A stretch of DNA of 64,000 bases. It comes from Planctomycetota bacterium (GTDB lineage Bacteria; Planctomycetota; UBA1135; UBA2386). A program made the translations under genes and the position numbers. Positions 17,599-27,500 of the stretch are shown in pieces. Each line of letters begins with the position of its first letter. Within the stretch, counting starts at the first letter, position 1. The notes beneath the pieces are model-generated. The model was not told where the DNA came from, ran no database searches, and saw nothing but the letters and a program-made list of their open reading frames with translations. The stretch covers positions 1,952,001 through 2,016,000 of the forward strand of contig OZ245838.1 in the NCBI GenBank assembly GCA_965228735.1, in the 5' to 3' direction.

Positions 17599-20500
17599 TC
17601 AGAGCCCGCGGGCGCGAACCTGGACGCGGTGCACGGCGATCTCCTGCCGCGGGTAGAGCAGCAGGTTGGCCGGCGCCTTGGCCTGCAGAGCGCGCCGGCC
17701 CCGCAGCAGCTCACGGCCCTCGAACAACACCTGCACGGCGCCGCTCGCGGCCGTCCACGAGGCCTCGACGACGATCGTCAGTCGATGTTGCGCGCCCGGG
17801 ATCGCCATGACCCGCGGCCGGTCGAGCACGCCGCGCAGCGCGCGTTCGAACGCCTTCTGACTGGCCTCGCGCTTGCGCGGATCGCCGTCGACGAACGCCG
17901 CATGCACCGCGTTGTCCGGCCCGACGACGACCGCGATCGCGAGGCCGCGGAACTGCACGAGATACCAGCGCTGGTCGACCTCGACCGGCGGCAGCGCGAA
18001 ATCGATGTGCAGCGTGGTGTGCGTCGTGCCCGACCGCCGCAGCGGCACGCCGGTCGCACACTCGAGCACTTCGAGATGCATGTCACTCCACGGCCGCCCG
18101 CCGCCCACGAACTCGACGACGCCGTCGCGCAGCGACCAGCCCTCCTTCATGCCGGGCGCGAGCTGCGCGCCGCTCGCGGTCATCTGAGCTGTGACCGCGT
18201 TGTCCTCCTCGTCGATCGCCGTCCGCACCTCGGCGCCGGCCGGCGCCGAATCCGCGATGTCGGCGCGCACATCCTCCTGCCGCCGGGCGAGCTGCAGCCA
18301 CCGTTTCGCGGTGCGCATGTGGTTGCGCTCGGAGCCGCTGCGGTCGTTCTCGCTGACGAGCTCGTCGAACGTGATGATCGCACGCTCCAGCTCACGCAGC
18401 TCCCCGGTCTGCCGGGCCCGCGCCAGCGCCTCGCGCATCTGCGTCAGAGCCCCCGCGCGATCGACGACGGTCTCGCGCCGCTCGCCCCGCACGCGGCGGA
18501 TGCGGGGGGCGATCTCGCCGAGCACGAACGCGTCGTCGACCGACTGCAGCAGCTGGTCGAAGCCCGCGAACTCGTCGCCGACGAGGCGGAACACGAGCTG
18601 GCCGAGCGGCGCCACGCCAGCCGGCAGGCCGGCGTACGGGTCGGAGTCGATGCGGCGGGCGGCGCGCTCGAACTCCGAGAACCGGAACTCGCTGAGCGTC
18701 GCCGTGCGGGCCGGCTCGCCGAGCGCCTGCGCGAACAGCACGGGCCGGCCGCCCTCGTCCTCCACGCGCAGTTCGACCACGAGACCGGTGCCGCGGTGCG
18801 GGAACGCGATGACCGGCCGCGACGACTTCGCGAGCGTCGCGAGCAGCGCGGCCTCGACGGCCGCGGCCGCCTGCACCGCCTGGCGGTGCTGCGCGAGCTC
18901 CGCGCGCGCGGAGTCCGACTCCGCCTCGAGGTCCGCGAGGATGGCCAGGCTCGCCGCGGCGTCGCCCTGACAGAGCGCGCGCCACGCGAGATCACACCGA
19001 TGATCGAAGCGCTCCGCCGCGCGCGCGTCGGCCGCGAGACCGACGAGTTGACGCACCTCGCCGAGCATGCGTTCGACATCGGGCCACGGGTTGGCTTCGT
19101 CCCGAAAGCGCAGCGAGGCCGGCCAGACATCGAACAGCCCGAGCCGGAACTCGAGCACCCGACCGAGGATCGCCGCCGGATCCGCGCCGGCCGCGAGTCG
19201 ATCCTCGAAATGCCCGACGACGGTCGCGACCTCCTGCCGCAGCGCGTCGGCGACCGCGGCCTCGGCGCTGTCGATCGCGGGCCGCGCCACGCGCCAACCC
19301 TGTTCGCACCGTTCCGCGGCCTGCTGGGCGACGGTCTCGCCGAGGCGTTCGACCGCGGGCACCCGAACGCCGTCACAGAAGCTCGACAGCGCGCGGCTCC
19401 AGAGGCGGCGCGCGCCCGTGTAGTCCCCGGCCTGCAGTCGCTCCGTGACCCGATCGACGAGGTCCGTGGCGAGATACTCGTCGAGCCGCTGCAGCAACTC
19501 GGCGTCGCGCTCCGCGAGCTGCTGCGCGACGTCCCGCCGCAGACCCTCGAGCGGCGCGGTGTCGAGCGTCAGCGGGAACTCGCTCGGCAACAGTCCGACC
19601 TCGGCATAGACCGCGCGCGCCAGCTGCTCACGTTCGAAGTCCGCCATGTCGGGCCAGGTGTCGGGAGCCCGCAACCACGCCGTCAGTTCACTCCAGCCCG
19701 GGCCCGTGAACTGCGCGCTCGCGCGCACGACCGCGGCCTTCATCGCGTTGAACTCGATGGCCTCGAGTTTCTGCACCTCGAGCGCCCGGCCGGCCGGCAG
19801 CGTCTCGCCGAGCGGTCCACCGAGCGCCCGCAGGTGCTGCCAGCGGGCGCCCGGTGACCCGAGTTCGTCGAGCTTCTCCTCGAGCTCGGCGATGAACGAG
19901 TCCGACGCGGCGATCGCCGCGCTCTCGCCCCGCAGCTGCATGCCGATCCAGACGGCGCCGCCGAGCAGCAGCACGAAGAGCACGGCGGTCGCGAACCGTC
20001 TCGGGATCTCGACGCGACGGTCACTCTCGCCCTGCGCCAGGCGTTCTTCGTCGACCTGCGGCGGCAGCTCGCCCTCGAGTCGCTCGAGGTCGTCGAGCAG
20101 CTCACGCGGCGTCTGGTAGCGCACGCGCAGGTCCTTCGCCAGGAGCTTGCGGATGACGAGCGACAAGCCCTCGCTGACCGCCGGGTTCTCCTCGTTGGGC
20201 GCGATCGGCGGGTCGTTCAGCACCTTGGTGATGAGCTCCGCCATCGTGTCGCCGGTGAACGGCGGCACGCCCGTGGCCATGTGATACAGCGTCGCACCGA
20301 GCGAGTAGAGATCGCTGCGGACGTCGACGTCCTGCGGATTGCGCGCCTGTTCCGGCGAGATGTACTGCGGCGTCCCGACCGTCGCGCCGTCCCGGGTGAG
20401 CGTCAGGTCGGCGGGGCCCTTCGCGAGCCCCATGTCCGTCAGCTTCACCTTCTCGTCCTCGTCGATGAGGATGTTGCCGGGCTTGATGTCACGGTGGATG

Positions 20501-20886
20501 ACGTTGTTCTCGAACGCGTGATCGAGCGCCTGCGCGACCTGCGTCGCGACCTCGAGCACGTATTCCTCGGGGAATACCCCCCACTCCGAGAGCATGCCGC
20601 GCAGGCTCTTGCCCTCGACGAACTCCATCACGAAGAAGTGATAGCCGCCCTCCTCGCCGAGATCGTAGCCGGTGACGATGTGCGGATGGTTGAGCGATGC
20701 GACGATCCGCGCCTCGCGGCGCAGTCGATCGACGTAGCGGCTGTCGCGCGCGAGCGACGGCTTGAGCACCTTGAGCGCGACGATGCGGCCGAGCTTCTTG
20801 TGGCGCGCCTTGAACACCGTTCCCATCGCGCCCGCGCCGACGCGATCGAGGATCTCGTAGTCCTGGAACGGCTGCGCGAACGTCAT
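17599..20886 (-). CDS. Hanks-type Ser/Thr protein kinase with TM helix and large C-terminal region
   Basis: GAGAMG, VALK, HRDIKPGN, DMG, GTPQYISPEQ, DLYSLG. TM segment at about aa 300. Confidence 0.95.
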   Translation of the reverse strand: MTFAQPFQDYEILDRVGAGAMGTVFKARHKKLGRIVALKVLKPSLARDSRYVDRLRREARIVASLNHPHIVTGYDLGEEGGYHFFVMEFVEGKSLRGMLSEWGVFPEEYVLEVATQVAQALDHAFENNVIHRDIKPGNILIDEDEKVKLTDMGLAKGPADLTLTRDGATVGTPQYISPEQARNPQDVDVRSDLYSLGATLYHMATGVPPFTGDTMAELITKVLNDPPIAPNEENPAVSEGLSLVIRKLLAKDLRVRYQTPRELLDDLERLEGELPPQVDEERLAQGESDRRVEIPRRFATAVLFVLLLGGAVWIGMQLRGESAAIAASDSFIAELEEKLDELGSPGARWQHLRALGGPLGETLPAGRALEVQKLEAIEFNAMKAAVVRASAQFTGPGWSELTAWLRAPDTWPDMADFEREQLARAVYAEVGLLPSEFPLTLDTAPLEGLRRDVAQQLAERDAELLQRLDEYLATDLVDRVTERLQAGDYTGARRLWSRALSSFCDGVRVPAVERLGETVAQQAAERCEQGWRVARPAIDSAEAAVADALRQEVATVVGHFEDRLAAGADPAAILGRVLEFRLGLFDVWPASLRFRDEANPWPDVERMLGEVRQLVGLAADARAAERFDHRCDLAWRALCQGDAAASLAILADLEAESDSARAELAQHRQAVQAAAAVEAALLATLAKSSRPVIAFPHRGTGLVVELRVEDEGGRPVLFAQALGEPARTATLSEFRFSEFERAARRIDSDPYAGLPAGVAPLGQLVFRLVGDEFAGFDQLLQSVDDAFVLGEIAPRIRRVRGERRETVVDRAGALTQMREALARARQTGELRELERAIITFDELVSENDRSGSERNHMRTAKRWLQLARRQEDVRADIADSAPAGAEVRTAIDEEDNAVTAQMTASGAQLAPGMKEGWSLRDGVVEFVGGGRPWSDMHLEVLECATGVPLRRSGTTHTTLHIDFALPPVEVDQRWYLVQFRGLAIAVVVGPDNAVHAAFVDGDPRKREASQKAFERALRGVLDRPRVMAIPGAQHRLTIVVEASWTAASGAVQVLFEGRELLRGRRALQAKAPANLLLYPRQEIAVHRVQVRARGL

Positions 20887-22910
20887 GAGGCGGCCGAGTC
20901 GTCCTGACCGCTGTCCGCTTCGGCGTCGGCGTCGTCGTCCGCGGTCGGGCGACCGCTCGCATCGAGCTCGTACTTGTCGATCTTGCGCTGCAGGGCGAAG
21001 CGCGACAGACCGAGCAGCTCGGCCGCGCGGCTCTTGTTCGACTGCGACCGCTCGAACGCCTTTTGGATCTCGCGGATCTCGAGCGCCTGCACCATGTCGG
21101 GCAGCGTCGTGTTGCGTTCGCTCGGCAGCAGCCCGTCGTCGTGCAGCCCGAGCCCCGGCCCGGTCTTGCCCTCGCGCACGTGCTGGCTCAGGTGCGACTC
21201 GAGGATCACGCCGTCGCAGAGCACCGATGACCGCCGGATCTCGTTCTGCAGCTCGCGCACGTTGCCCGGCCAGGTGTACTGCACGAGGCGCTCCATCGCG
21301 TCCGGGCTGATGCGCACGCGCGAGCCGTTCTCGTTCGTCAGGTCGACGAGGAAGCGCTTCACGAGCTGCGGCACGTCCTCGCGCCGATCGCGCAGCGGCG
21401 GCAGCTGCACGGGCAGGACCGCGAGCCGGTAGTACAGGTCCTCGCGGAACTCGCCGTCGCGGACCATCGCTTCGAGGTTCTTGTTCGTCGCGCAGATGAG
21501 CCGCACGTCGACCTTGAGGGTCTCGCGGCTGCCGAGCGGTCGGACCTCGCCCTCCTGCAGCACGCGCAGGAGTTTGGTCTGCAGGTCGAGGTGCAGGTCA
21601 CCGATCTCGTCGAGGAACAGCACCCCGCCGTCGGCGGTCTCGAGCAGACCCTTCTTGCTGCTCGTCGCGCCGGTGAACGCGCCGCGCACGTAGCCGAACA
21701 GCTCGCTTTCCAGCAGCGCCTCGGGCAGCGCGGCGCAGTTCTCGCTCACGAACGGCTTGCCCGACCGGTTGCTGTTGGTGTGGATCGCGCGCGCGACGAG
21801 CTCCTTGCCCGTGCCCGACTCGCCGGTGACGAGCACCGGATCGTCCGCGTCGATGTACTTGTCGAGCAGCCCGAACACGTTCCGCATCGCGCGACCCGTG
21901 CCGACGATCTGGCGGTAGTCGTACTTCGACTTGTGCACGAGGCTCTGCGTGCTGATCTCCTCCTTGATCTGCGACAGCTCGCTCGTCTTCTCCGCGAGCT
22001 GCCCCTTGAGCGCCGCGTTGAGCTGGTCGACGCGCTCGAGCGCCGCCGTGAGCTCGACCTGCTTGCCGCGCAGCTCCTCGAGCGTGCGGGCGTTGACGAT
22101 CGCCGTACCCGCGTGATCCGCGAGCGACAGCAGCAGCGTCTTCTCGCGTTCCTGGAACACCTGCTGCTGGAGCCGGTTGTCGACGTAGAGCACGCCGGAG
22201 ATCTCGCCGCGGCAGCGGATCGGGATGCAGAGCACCGACCGCAGGCGCAGATCGGCGACCGACTGCAGGTCGCGGAAACGATCGTCCTCCTGCGCGTTGG
22301 TCGTGAGCTCCGGGATGCCGGTCTCCATCACGCGCGTCGCGATCGTGCGCGAGATCTTGAACTCGGGCGACAGCACCTCCTCCTGCGCGAAGTTGCGCGC
22401 GACCTCGACCGAGTGGTCGGCGTCCTTGCCGAGGATCAGGAAGCCGCGTTCGGCGCCCGCGATCTGGATCGCCGAGTCGACGATCTGGGTCAGCAGCCGC
22501 GTGAGGTCCTTCTCGTCGTTGAGCGCCCGCGCGATCTCGAGGAACGTGACGATGTCGTGGCCGCCGCGGGCCTCGGCGCCCGGCTTGGTCTCGTCGACCG
22601 ACGCGTTCTCGACCGCCGGCAGCTGCAGCTCGACCTCGTACTCACCGAGCGCGAACTTCTCGCCGACCTTGAGCTCGGTCCGCAGCACGGGGCGGCCGCG
22701 GATCTTGGCCGGGTTCTGGGCGCCAGCGTCGACGAGCGCAAACACCCCGTCGATGCGTTCGACGCGGCAGTGCTGCCGCGAGACGAGGCGGTCGGGCAGA
22801 TAGAGATCGCACTCCCGCGACCGCCCGATCGTCACGACATCCTGGTGGAACGCGTGCGTCTCGGACTTCTCGTCGCGGGTGACGACTAGGAGGAAGGGGC
22901 CTTCGGACAT
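20883..22910 (-). CDS. Sigma-54 enhancer-binding protein with FHA and GAF input domains
   Basis: IGRS...VSRQH (FHA), GAF region, GESGTGKE, ESELFG, GAFTGA, FLDEIG, WPGNVREL and a Fis-type HTH. Confidence 0.93.
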   Translation of the reverse strand: MSEGPFLLVVTRDEKSETHAFHQDVVTIGRSRECDLYLPDRLVSRQHCRVERIDGVFALVDAGAQNPAKIRGRPVLRTELKVGEKFALGEYEVELQLPAVENASVDETKPGAEARGGHDIVTFLEIARALNDEKDLTRLLTQIVDSAIQIAGAERGFLILGKDADHSVEVARNFAQEEVLSPEFKISRTIATRVMETGIPELTTNAQEDDRFRDLQSVADLRLRSVLCIPIRCRGEISGVLYVDNRLQQQVFQEREKTLLLSLADHAGTAIVNARTLEELRGKQVELTAALERVDQLNAALKGQLAEKTSELSQIKEEISTQSLVHKSKYDYRQIVGTGRAMRNVFGLLDKYIDADDPVLVTGESGTGKELVARAIHTNSNRSGKPFVSENCAALPEALLESELFGYVRGAFTGATSSKKGLLETADGGVLFLDEIGDLHLDLQTKLLRVLQEGEVRPLGSRETLKVDVRLICATNKNLEAMVRDGEFREDLYYRLAVLPVQLPPLRDRREDVPQLVKRFLVDLTNENGSRVRISPDAMERLVQYTWPGNVRELQNEIRRSSVLCDGVILESHLSQHVREGKTGPGLGLHDDGLLPSERNTTLPDMVQALEIREIQKAFERSQSNKSRAAELLGLSRFALQRKIDKYELDASGRPTADDDADAEADSGQDDSAAS

Positions 22911-23138
22911 GCCGTGCAAACTGCGTAGCCCGGCGGCGACGGGGAGTAACGCCGGGCCCTGGGGTCACCTGACAGCGTAACCGCTTCGGAAGGCCGGGGT
23001 ACGATCCGTTTCGCCCGACCGTCCCAAGGCTCGCCGCCGGCCGCCGATTTTCGCGCCGGCCCCGCCAGCCCCGGCCCGGCGCGGTTGCCGGGAACAGGGT
23101 GTCAGCCGCTCGCGCGATCGATACCCTGCGGTCGACCG

Positions 23139-23912
23139 ATGCTCGCCCACCGCTACGGCCACAACGTCCACCTGTTCGACGACCCGTTCCTGCTGTCCCT
23201 CCTGGCGCGGATCGGCAGCCCGGAGGTCGGCCCGACGCAGCTGCCGAAACTCGTCCGCACCGCGTATTCGCGGCTGGTGCAGGAGGTGCTCGCGCGCGAG
23301 TTCCCGCGCAAGCGCCAGCGAGTTCCGACCCGGATGACGGCGGTCGAGCCGCGCGCGATCTACGACGGGCCGGTCCTCGATCGCGAGACCAGGCTCGTGC
23401 TGTGTGCGGTGATCCGGGCCGGAATCCTGCCGGCGCAAGCGTGTTTCGAGTCCGCGCTCGAGGTCCTCGACCCCGAGCTCGTGCGGCTCGACTTCCTCAA
23501 CATGTCGCGCATCACCGACGACGACCAGCACGTCACGGGCGTGCGCCTCGACGGGTCGAAGATCGGCGGCGACGTGGCCGACTCGGTCGTGCTGCTGCCC
23601 GACCCCATGGGCGCGACGGGCGGGACGATCTGCCGCGCCGTGGAGGTCTACAACGAGCTGCCGGGCGGCGCTCCCCGCGCGTTCGCCGCGGTGCACCTGA
23701 TGATCACGCCCGAGGCCATCCGCCGCATCACGGCGATGCATCCGGAGGTCCGCATCTACGCCGCGCGCCTCGACCGCGGCCTGTCGTCGGAGCGCGCGCT
23801 CGCGAGCGAGCCCGGCGCGTTCCCGGACGAAGAACGCGGGCTCACGGACATCGATTACATCGTGCCGGGTGCCGGCGGCATGGGCGAACTGCTGACGAAC
23901 AGCTGGGTCTGA
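23139..23912 (+). CDS. upp: Uracil phosphoribosyltransferase
   Basis: VIRAG, DPMGATGGT (PRPP loop) and YIVPGAGGMG motifs. Confidence 0.85.
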   Translation: MLAHRYGHNVHLFDDPFLLSLLARIGSPEVGPTQLPKLVRTAYSRLVQEVLAREFPRKRQRVPTRMTAVEPRAIYDGPVLDRETRLVLCAVIRAGILPAQACFESALEVLDPELVRLDFLNMSRITDDDQHVTGVRLDGSKIGGDVADSVVLLPDPMGATGGTICRAVEVYNELPGGAPRAFAAVHLMITPEAIRRITAMHPEVRIYAARLDRGLSSERALASEPGAFPDEERGLTDIDYIVPGAGGMGELLTNSWV

Positions 23913-23988
23913 CCCAGGAGTCCCGCCACCGCGCGGAAAACGACGATTTCGCGTAGCATGAACGCGCTGCCGGCGGAAGGCAGCCCAG

Positions 23989-26814
23989 ATGATCCCGCAG
24001 CGACTCAAGGCGAGACTCGGCAAACCCGACCGGCTCCTGCGGCGGTTCTGTCGCACGGGTGACCCCGCGGCGCTCGGCGCGCTCTTCGATCACGCGGCGC
24101 CGGAGCTGCTGCGGGTCGCGGCGTGGCTGTCCGGCAGCCGCACGGATGCGGAAGATCTCCTGCAACGCACGTTCGTGACCGTCATCGAGCGGCGCGAGAA
24201 CTACGACAGCAAGCGCGCGGCGCTGCCATGGCTCTGCGGCATCCTCGGGAATCACGCCCGCAAGCTGAAGGACAAGCGGGCGCGCGAGGTGCGACACCAC
24301 CGCCACCTCGTGACCGAGGCGAGCGACGGCTCCGTGACCCTGACGGATCCGTACGACACGGCCGCCGAACGCGAGGTCGTCGCGGTCGTCGATCGCCTGC
24401 GGCAGGAACTCGACTCGCCGTACCGCGAAGTTCTCGATCTGCACCTCGGGCGTGGACTCGGCCCGGCCGAGATCGCGGCGCGCCTCGACCGTCCACCCGG
24501 CACGGTGCGCACGCAACTCGTGCGCGGCCTCCAGCGCCTGCGCGATCGCATGCCGCTGTCGATGTTCTCGCCGGTCGCGGCTGTCGCGATGCTCAGCGGC
24601 ACCGAGGCGGCGGCGCAACTCACCACGATCCGTGACGCGGTCATGCGCGTCGCGGAGGCCGCGCGGCCACCCGGCCCGGTGCCGGCGAGCGGACCGTTCG
24701 GCCTGTCCGGCGCGCTGCCCACGGTCGCGGCGATCGCGACCGTCGCCGTGATCGGCGGCGGCATCGCGGCCTACCTGGGATTCGGTCGGTCGACGACCGA
24801 ACCGGCGCCGACCGGTCCGGCGGTCGACGTCGCCGCCACGACGCCCCGGAGCGCCGCGACGACGCCGGGCGCACACCTCGATCGCGCGGCCGCCGGTCGA
24901 GCCCCGACGGTCAACCCACTGGCCGCGAACGCGGGCGCCGCCGCCGCGACCGGGCGCGATATCACGGTCCGCGTCGTCGACGACGCGGGCGCCCCCGTGC
25001 CCGCCGCCGAGCTCTGGCTGTCCGAGCCCCACATCGCGACGCGCGGGGCGAGCATCGGCCCGAGCGACGCCGCCGGCTGCCGGAAGCTGACCTTCGACGC
25101 CGCCCGCTTCGTCGGCGCGCGCCACCCGAATCACGTGCGGTCCTATCTCGCCCTCGTCGATCCGGCGACCGCGGGTGACACCGTGACGATCGCGCTGCGC
25201 GGCGGCAGCGCGCCGTTCCGCGGTCGGGTGTTCGATGCCGCGGGCGCGGCGCTGCCCGGCGCGACGATCGCGCTCGGCCCGCCGGGCGGCTGGCGCTTGA
25301 CGAACTCACCGCACCAACGCACGGTCTACCCGCCGCGCGCGGCCGCGACGACGGACGCGACCGGGCGCTTCGCGGCGTTCGGGCTCGAACCGGGCCCGTC
25401 CGACCTCGAGATCCGCGCCCCGGGGCACGCGCCGCTCGCGCTCCGGGTGCAGGTTCCCGAACCCGCGCGCACATTGCCCGAGATGACGTTCCGCCTGCAG
25501 CGCGGCGCGACCATCGCCGGGCGCGTCCGCCACCTCGACGGTTCGGCCGCGGGTGGCGCGAGCATTACCGCGATCGACTCGGACGGCCGCCAGACGCACA
25601 CCACCGCGGACGCCAGCGGCGACTTCGCGGTCGACGGCCTGGCCGCGGGCCAGCACGAGGTGCGCGCAGCGGCAACGACGGCCGCCGCGACCGAAGCGAT
25701 GGCGCATGCGGACCTCGAGACCCGGCTCGGGGGGACGACGCGCTGGCACGCGACGTTGCACCCGACCCGCGAGATCCACGGTCGCGTCGTCGGACCCGAC
25801 GGCGCGCCGGTCGCCGGCGTGCAGGTGCTGGCGGGCGAACCGACGATGGAGGCCGGCATCGCCGGAGCGACGACGGCGGTCGACGGTCGATTCGCGGTGA
25901 CGACGACGGCCCGCCGCGCCCGGACGGGCACGCTCTACCTCCGGCGCGACGGTGCGCCGATCGCGGTGCGACGCGACGTGATCCCGGCCCCGGGCTCGGC
26001 CGCGGCCGGCAGCGAGCTCGTCATCGAACTGTCGGCCGACGAGGCCCCGACGTCGACGCTCCGCGGGCGATTCGTCGATCCGTCGGGTCGACCGATCGCC
26101 GCCTCGATCTCGGTCACCAACCACGCGTTCACGGTCGGTTGGTACGCGTTCACGAACCCGGGGACCGGGACGTTCCGACTCGGCCCGCTGCGCCCCGGCA
26201 GCTATACGCTGATCTTCGAGGCGAAGGGCTACGGGCGCGTGCCGGTGCGGGCGCTCGCCGCCGCGCCCGGCGAGAGCCGCGATCTCGGCGACATCGTCGC
26301 GCAGCCGGCCGGCTCCGTCGAGCTCACCCTCGCGGGCGCGAGTTCGGGCGAACGTCGACTCGTCAAGTTCGCGCGGCGGGACGGCGTCGTGTCCCACGTG
26401 TTCACGGACGGGCGGCCCGTTCGCGCGGAACTCGCGCCGGGCGACTACGTGGCGAACATCGCGCTCGGCGATGGCGCCGGCAGCAGCGTCGCGTTCACCG
26501 TCACGGCCGGAACCACCACTGCCGTCACGCTGCCGTGCACGACGAACCACCTGCTCAGCGTGCGGTGCTCGTTCGCGCGGGCGGCCGGACCCGCGGGGCG
26601 GCGGCTCGACATTCGCATCACGGATGCAGCCGGCAACCTCGTCGACGCCCACGAGCTGGCCTGCACGACCGCGGCGACCGCCGAACTCAAGGTCCACCTG
26701 CCGCCGGGCGAGTACCGGCTCGACTGCCGGTGCACGGCCGGACTGGCGGCGACGGCGAACGTCTCGATTCGGTCCGGTGGTCAAGCCCCCATGCGACGGT
26801 TGCAGCTGCGCTGA
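23989..26814 (+). CDS. ECF sigma factor fused to a TM helix and extracytoplasmic carboxypeptidase-regulatory-like repeats
   Basis: DAEDLLQRTF and PWLCGI (sigma2), EIAARL...GTVRTQLVRG (sigma4), hydrophobic AIATVAVIGGGIAAYLG, repeated GRV...GxPxxGA motifs. Confidence 0.85.
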   Translation: MIPQRLKARLGKPDRLLRRFCRTGDPAALGALFDHAAPELLRVAAWLSGSRTDAEDLLQRTFVTVIERRENYDSKRAALPWLCGILGNHARKLKDKRAREVRHHRHLVTEASDGSVTLTDPYDTAAEREVVAVVDRLRQELDSPYREVLDLHLGRGLGPAEIAARLDRPPGTVRTQLVRGLQRLRDRMPLSMFSPVAAVAMLSGTEAAAQLTTIRDAVMRVAEAARPPGPVPASGPFGLSGALPTVAAIATVAVIGGGIAAYLGFGRSTTEPAPTGPAVDVAATTPRSAATTPGAHLDRAAAGRAPTVNPLAANAGAAAATGRDITVRVVDDAGAPVPAAELWLSEPHIATRGASIGPSDAAGCRKLTFDAARFVGARHPNHVRSYLALVDPATAGDTVTIALRGGSAPFRGRVFDAAGAALPGATIALGPPGGWRLTNSPHQRTVYPPRAAATTDATGRFAAFGLEPGPSDLEIRAPGHAPLALRVQVPEPARTLPEMTFRLQRGATIAGRVRHLDGSAAGGASITAIDSDGRQTHTTADASGDFAVDGLAAGQHEVRAAATTAAATEAMAHADLETRLGGTTRWHATLHPTREIHGRVVGPDGAPVAGVQVLAGEPTMEAGIAGATTAVDGRFAVTTTARRARTGTLYLRRDGAPIAVRRDVIPAPGSAAAGSELVIELSADEAPTSTLRGRFVDPSGRPIAASISVTNHAFTVGWYAFTNPGTGTFRLGPLRPGSYTLIFEAKGYGRVPVRALAAAPGESRDLGDIVAQPAGSVELTLAGASSGERRLVKFARRDGVVSHVFTDGRPVRAELAPGDYVANIALGDGAGSSVAFTVTAGTTTAVTLPCTTNHLLSVRCSFARAAGPAGRRLDIRITDAAGNLVDAHELACTTAATAELKVHLPPGEYRLDCRCTAGLAATANVSIRSGGQAPMRRLQLR

Positions 26815-26867
26815 CCAATTCGGACCCGGGCGTTACTCCGCATCTCGCGCGCCATAGTATCCGTGAC

Positions 26868-27500
26868 GTGGATGCCCATCAGATTCGCTCCGACATCGCG
26901 CTCGCGCGCCGCGGTGAAACCGAGGCGCTCGACCGGGTGCTGAAAGCCCTCGAGTCGCGACTGCGCGCGGCAGCGACCAACCGACTCGCTGGTCATCTGC
27001 GGGCCCGCATGGGCACCTCCGACCTGCTGCAGTCGACGATGCTCGACATCGCGAAGAACATCGGCGATTTCCGCGGCGAGAACGCGGACCAGCTGCTCGC
27101 GTGGTCGGGGCGCATCATGGACAACAACCTGCGCGACCGCGCCCGCTTCTTCGGTCGCCAGCGGCGACGCGGCGAACACGGCGCCGAGGTGCCGCCCGAC
27201 GCGGTCGCTTCGGGCCCGACGCCGAGCTTCGAAGCGATGCGCGTCGAGCACATCGAGGCGCTGTATCGCGCGCTCTCCGAGCTGCCCGACGACTACCAAC
27301 AGATCCTGCAGCTGCGTGAGTTCGAGAAGCGCGAGTACGACGAGATCGCCGCGACGCTCGATCGCTCGGAAGGCGCCGTTCGGATGCTGATCTCGCGCGC
27401 TCGCGCCGCGCTCTACGTCAAGCTCGACCGCATGCTCGGTGACGACGACGACGGCAACCGCAGTGGCGGCCCCGACCGCGATCGTGGCGATGCCGGCTGA
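26868..27500 (+). CDS. ECF sigma factor, kinase-associated type
   Basis: GTSDLLQST, FRG...LLAW (sigma2), LSELPDDYQQIL...EIAATLDRSEGAVRMLISRAR (sigma4). GTG start at 26868. Confidence 0.88.
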   Translation: MDAHQIRSDIALARRGETEALDRVLKALESRLRAAATNRLAGHLRARMGTSDLLQSTMLDIAKNIGDFRGENADQLLAWSGRIMDNNLRDRARFFGRQRRRGEHGAEVPPDAVASGPTPSFEAMRVEHIEALYRALSELPDDYQQILQLREFEKREYDEIAATLDRSEGAVRMLISRARAALYVKLDRMLGDDDDGNRSGGPDRDRGDAG

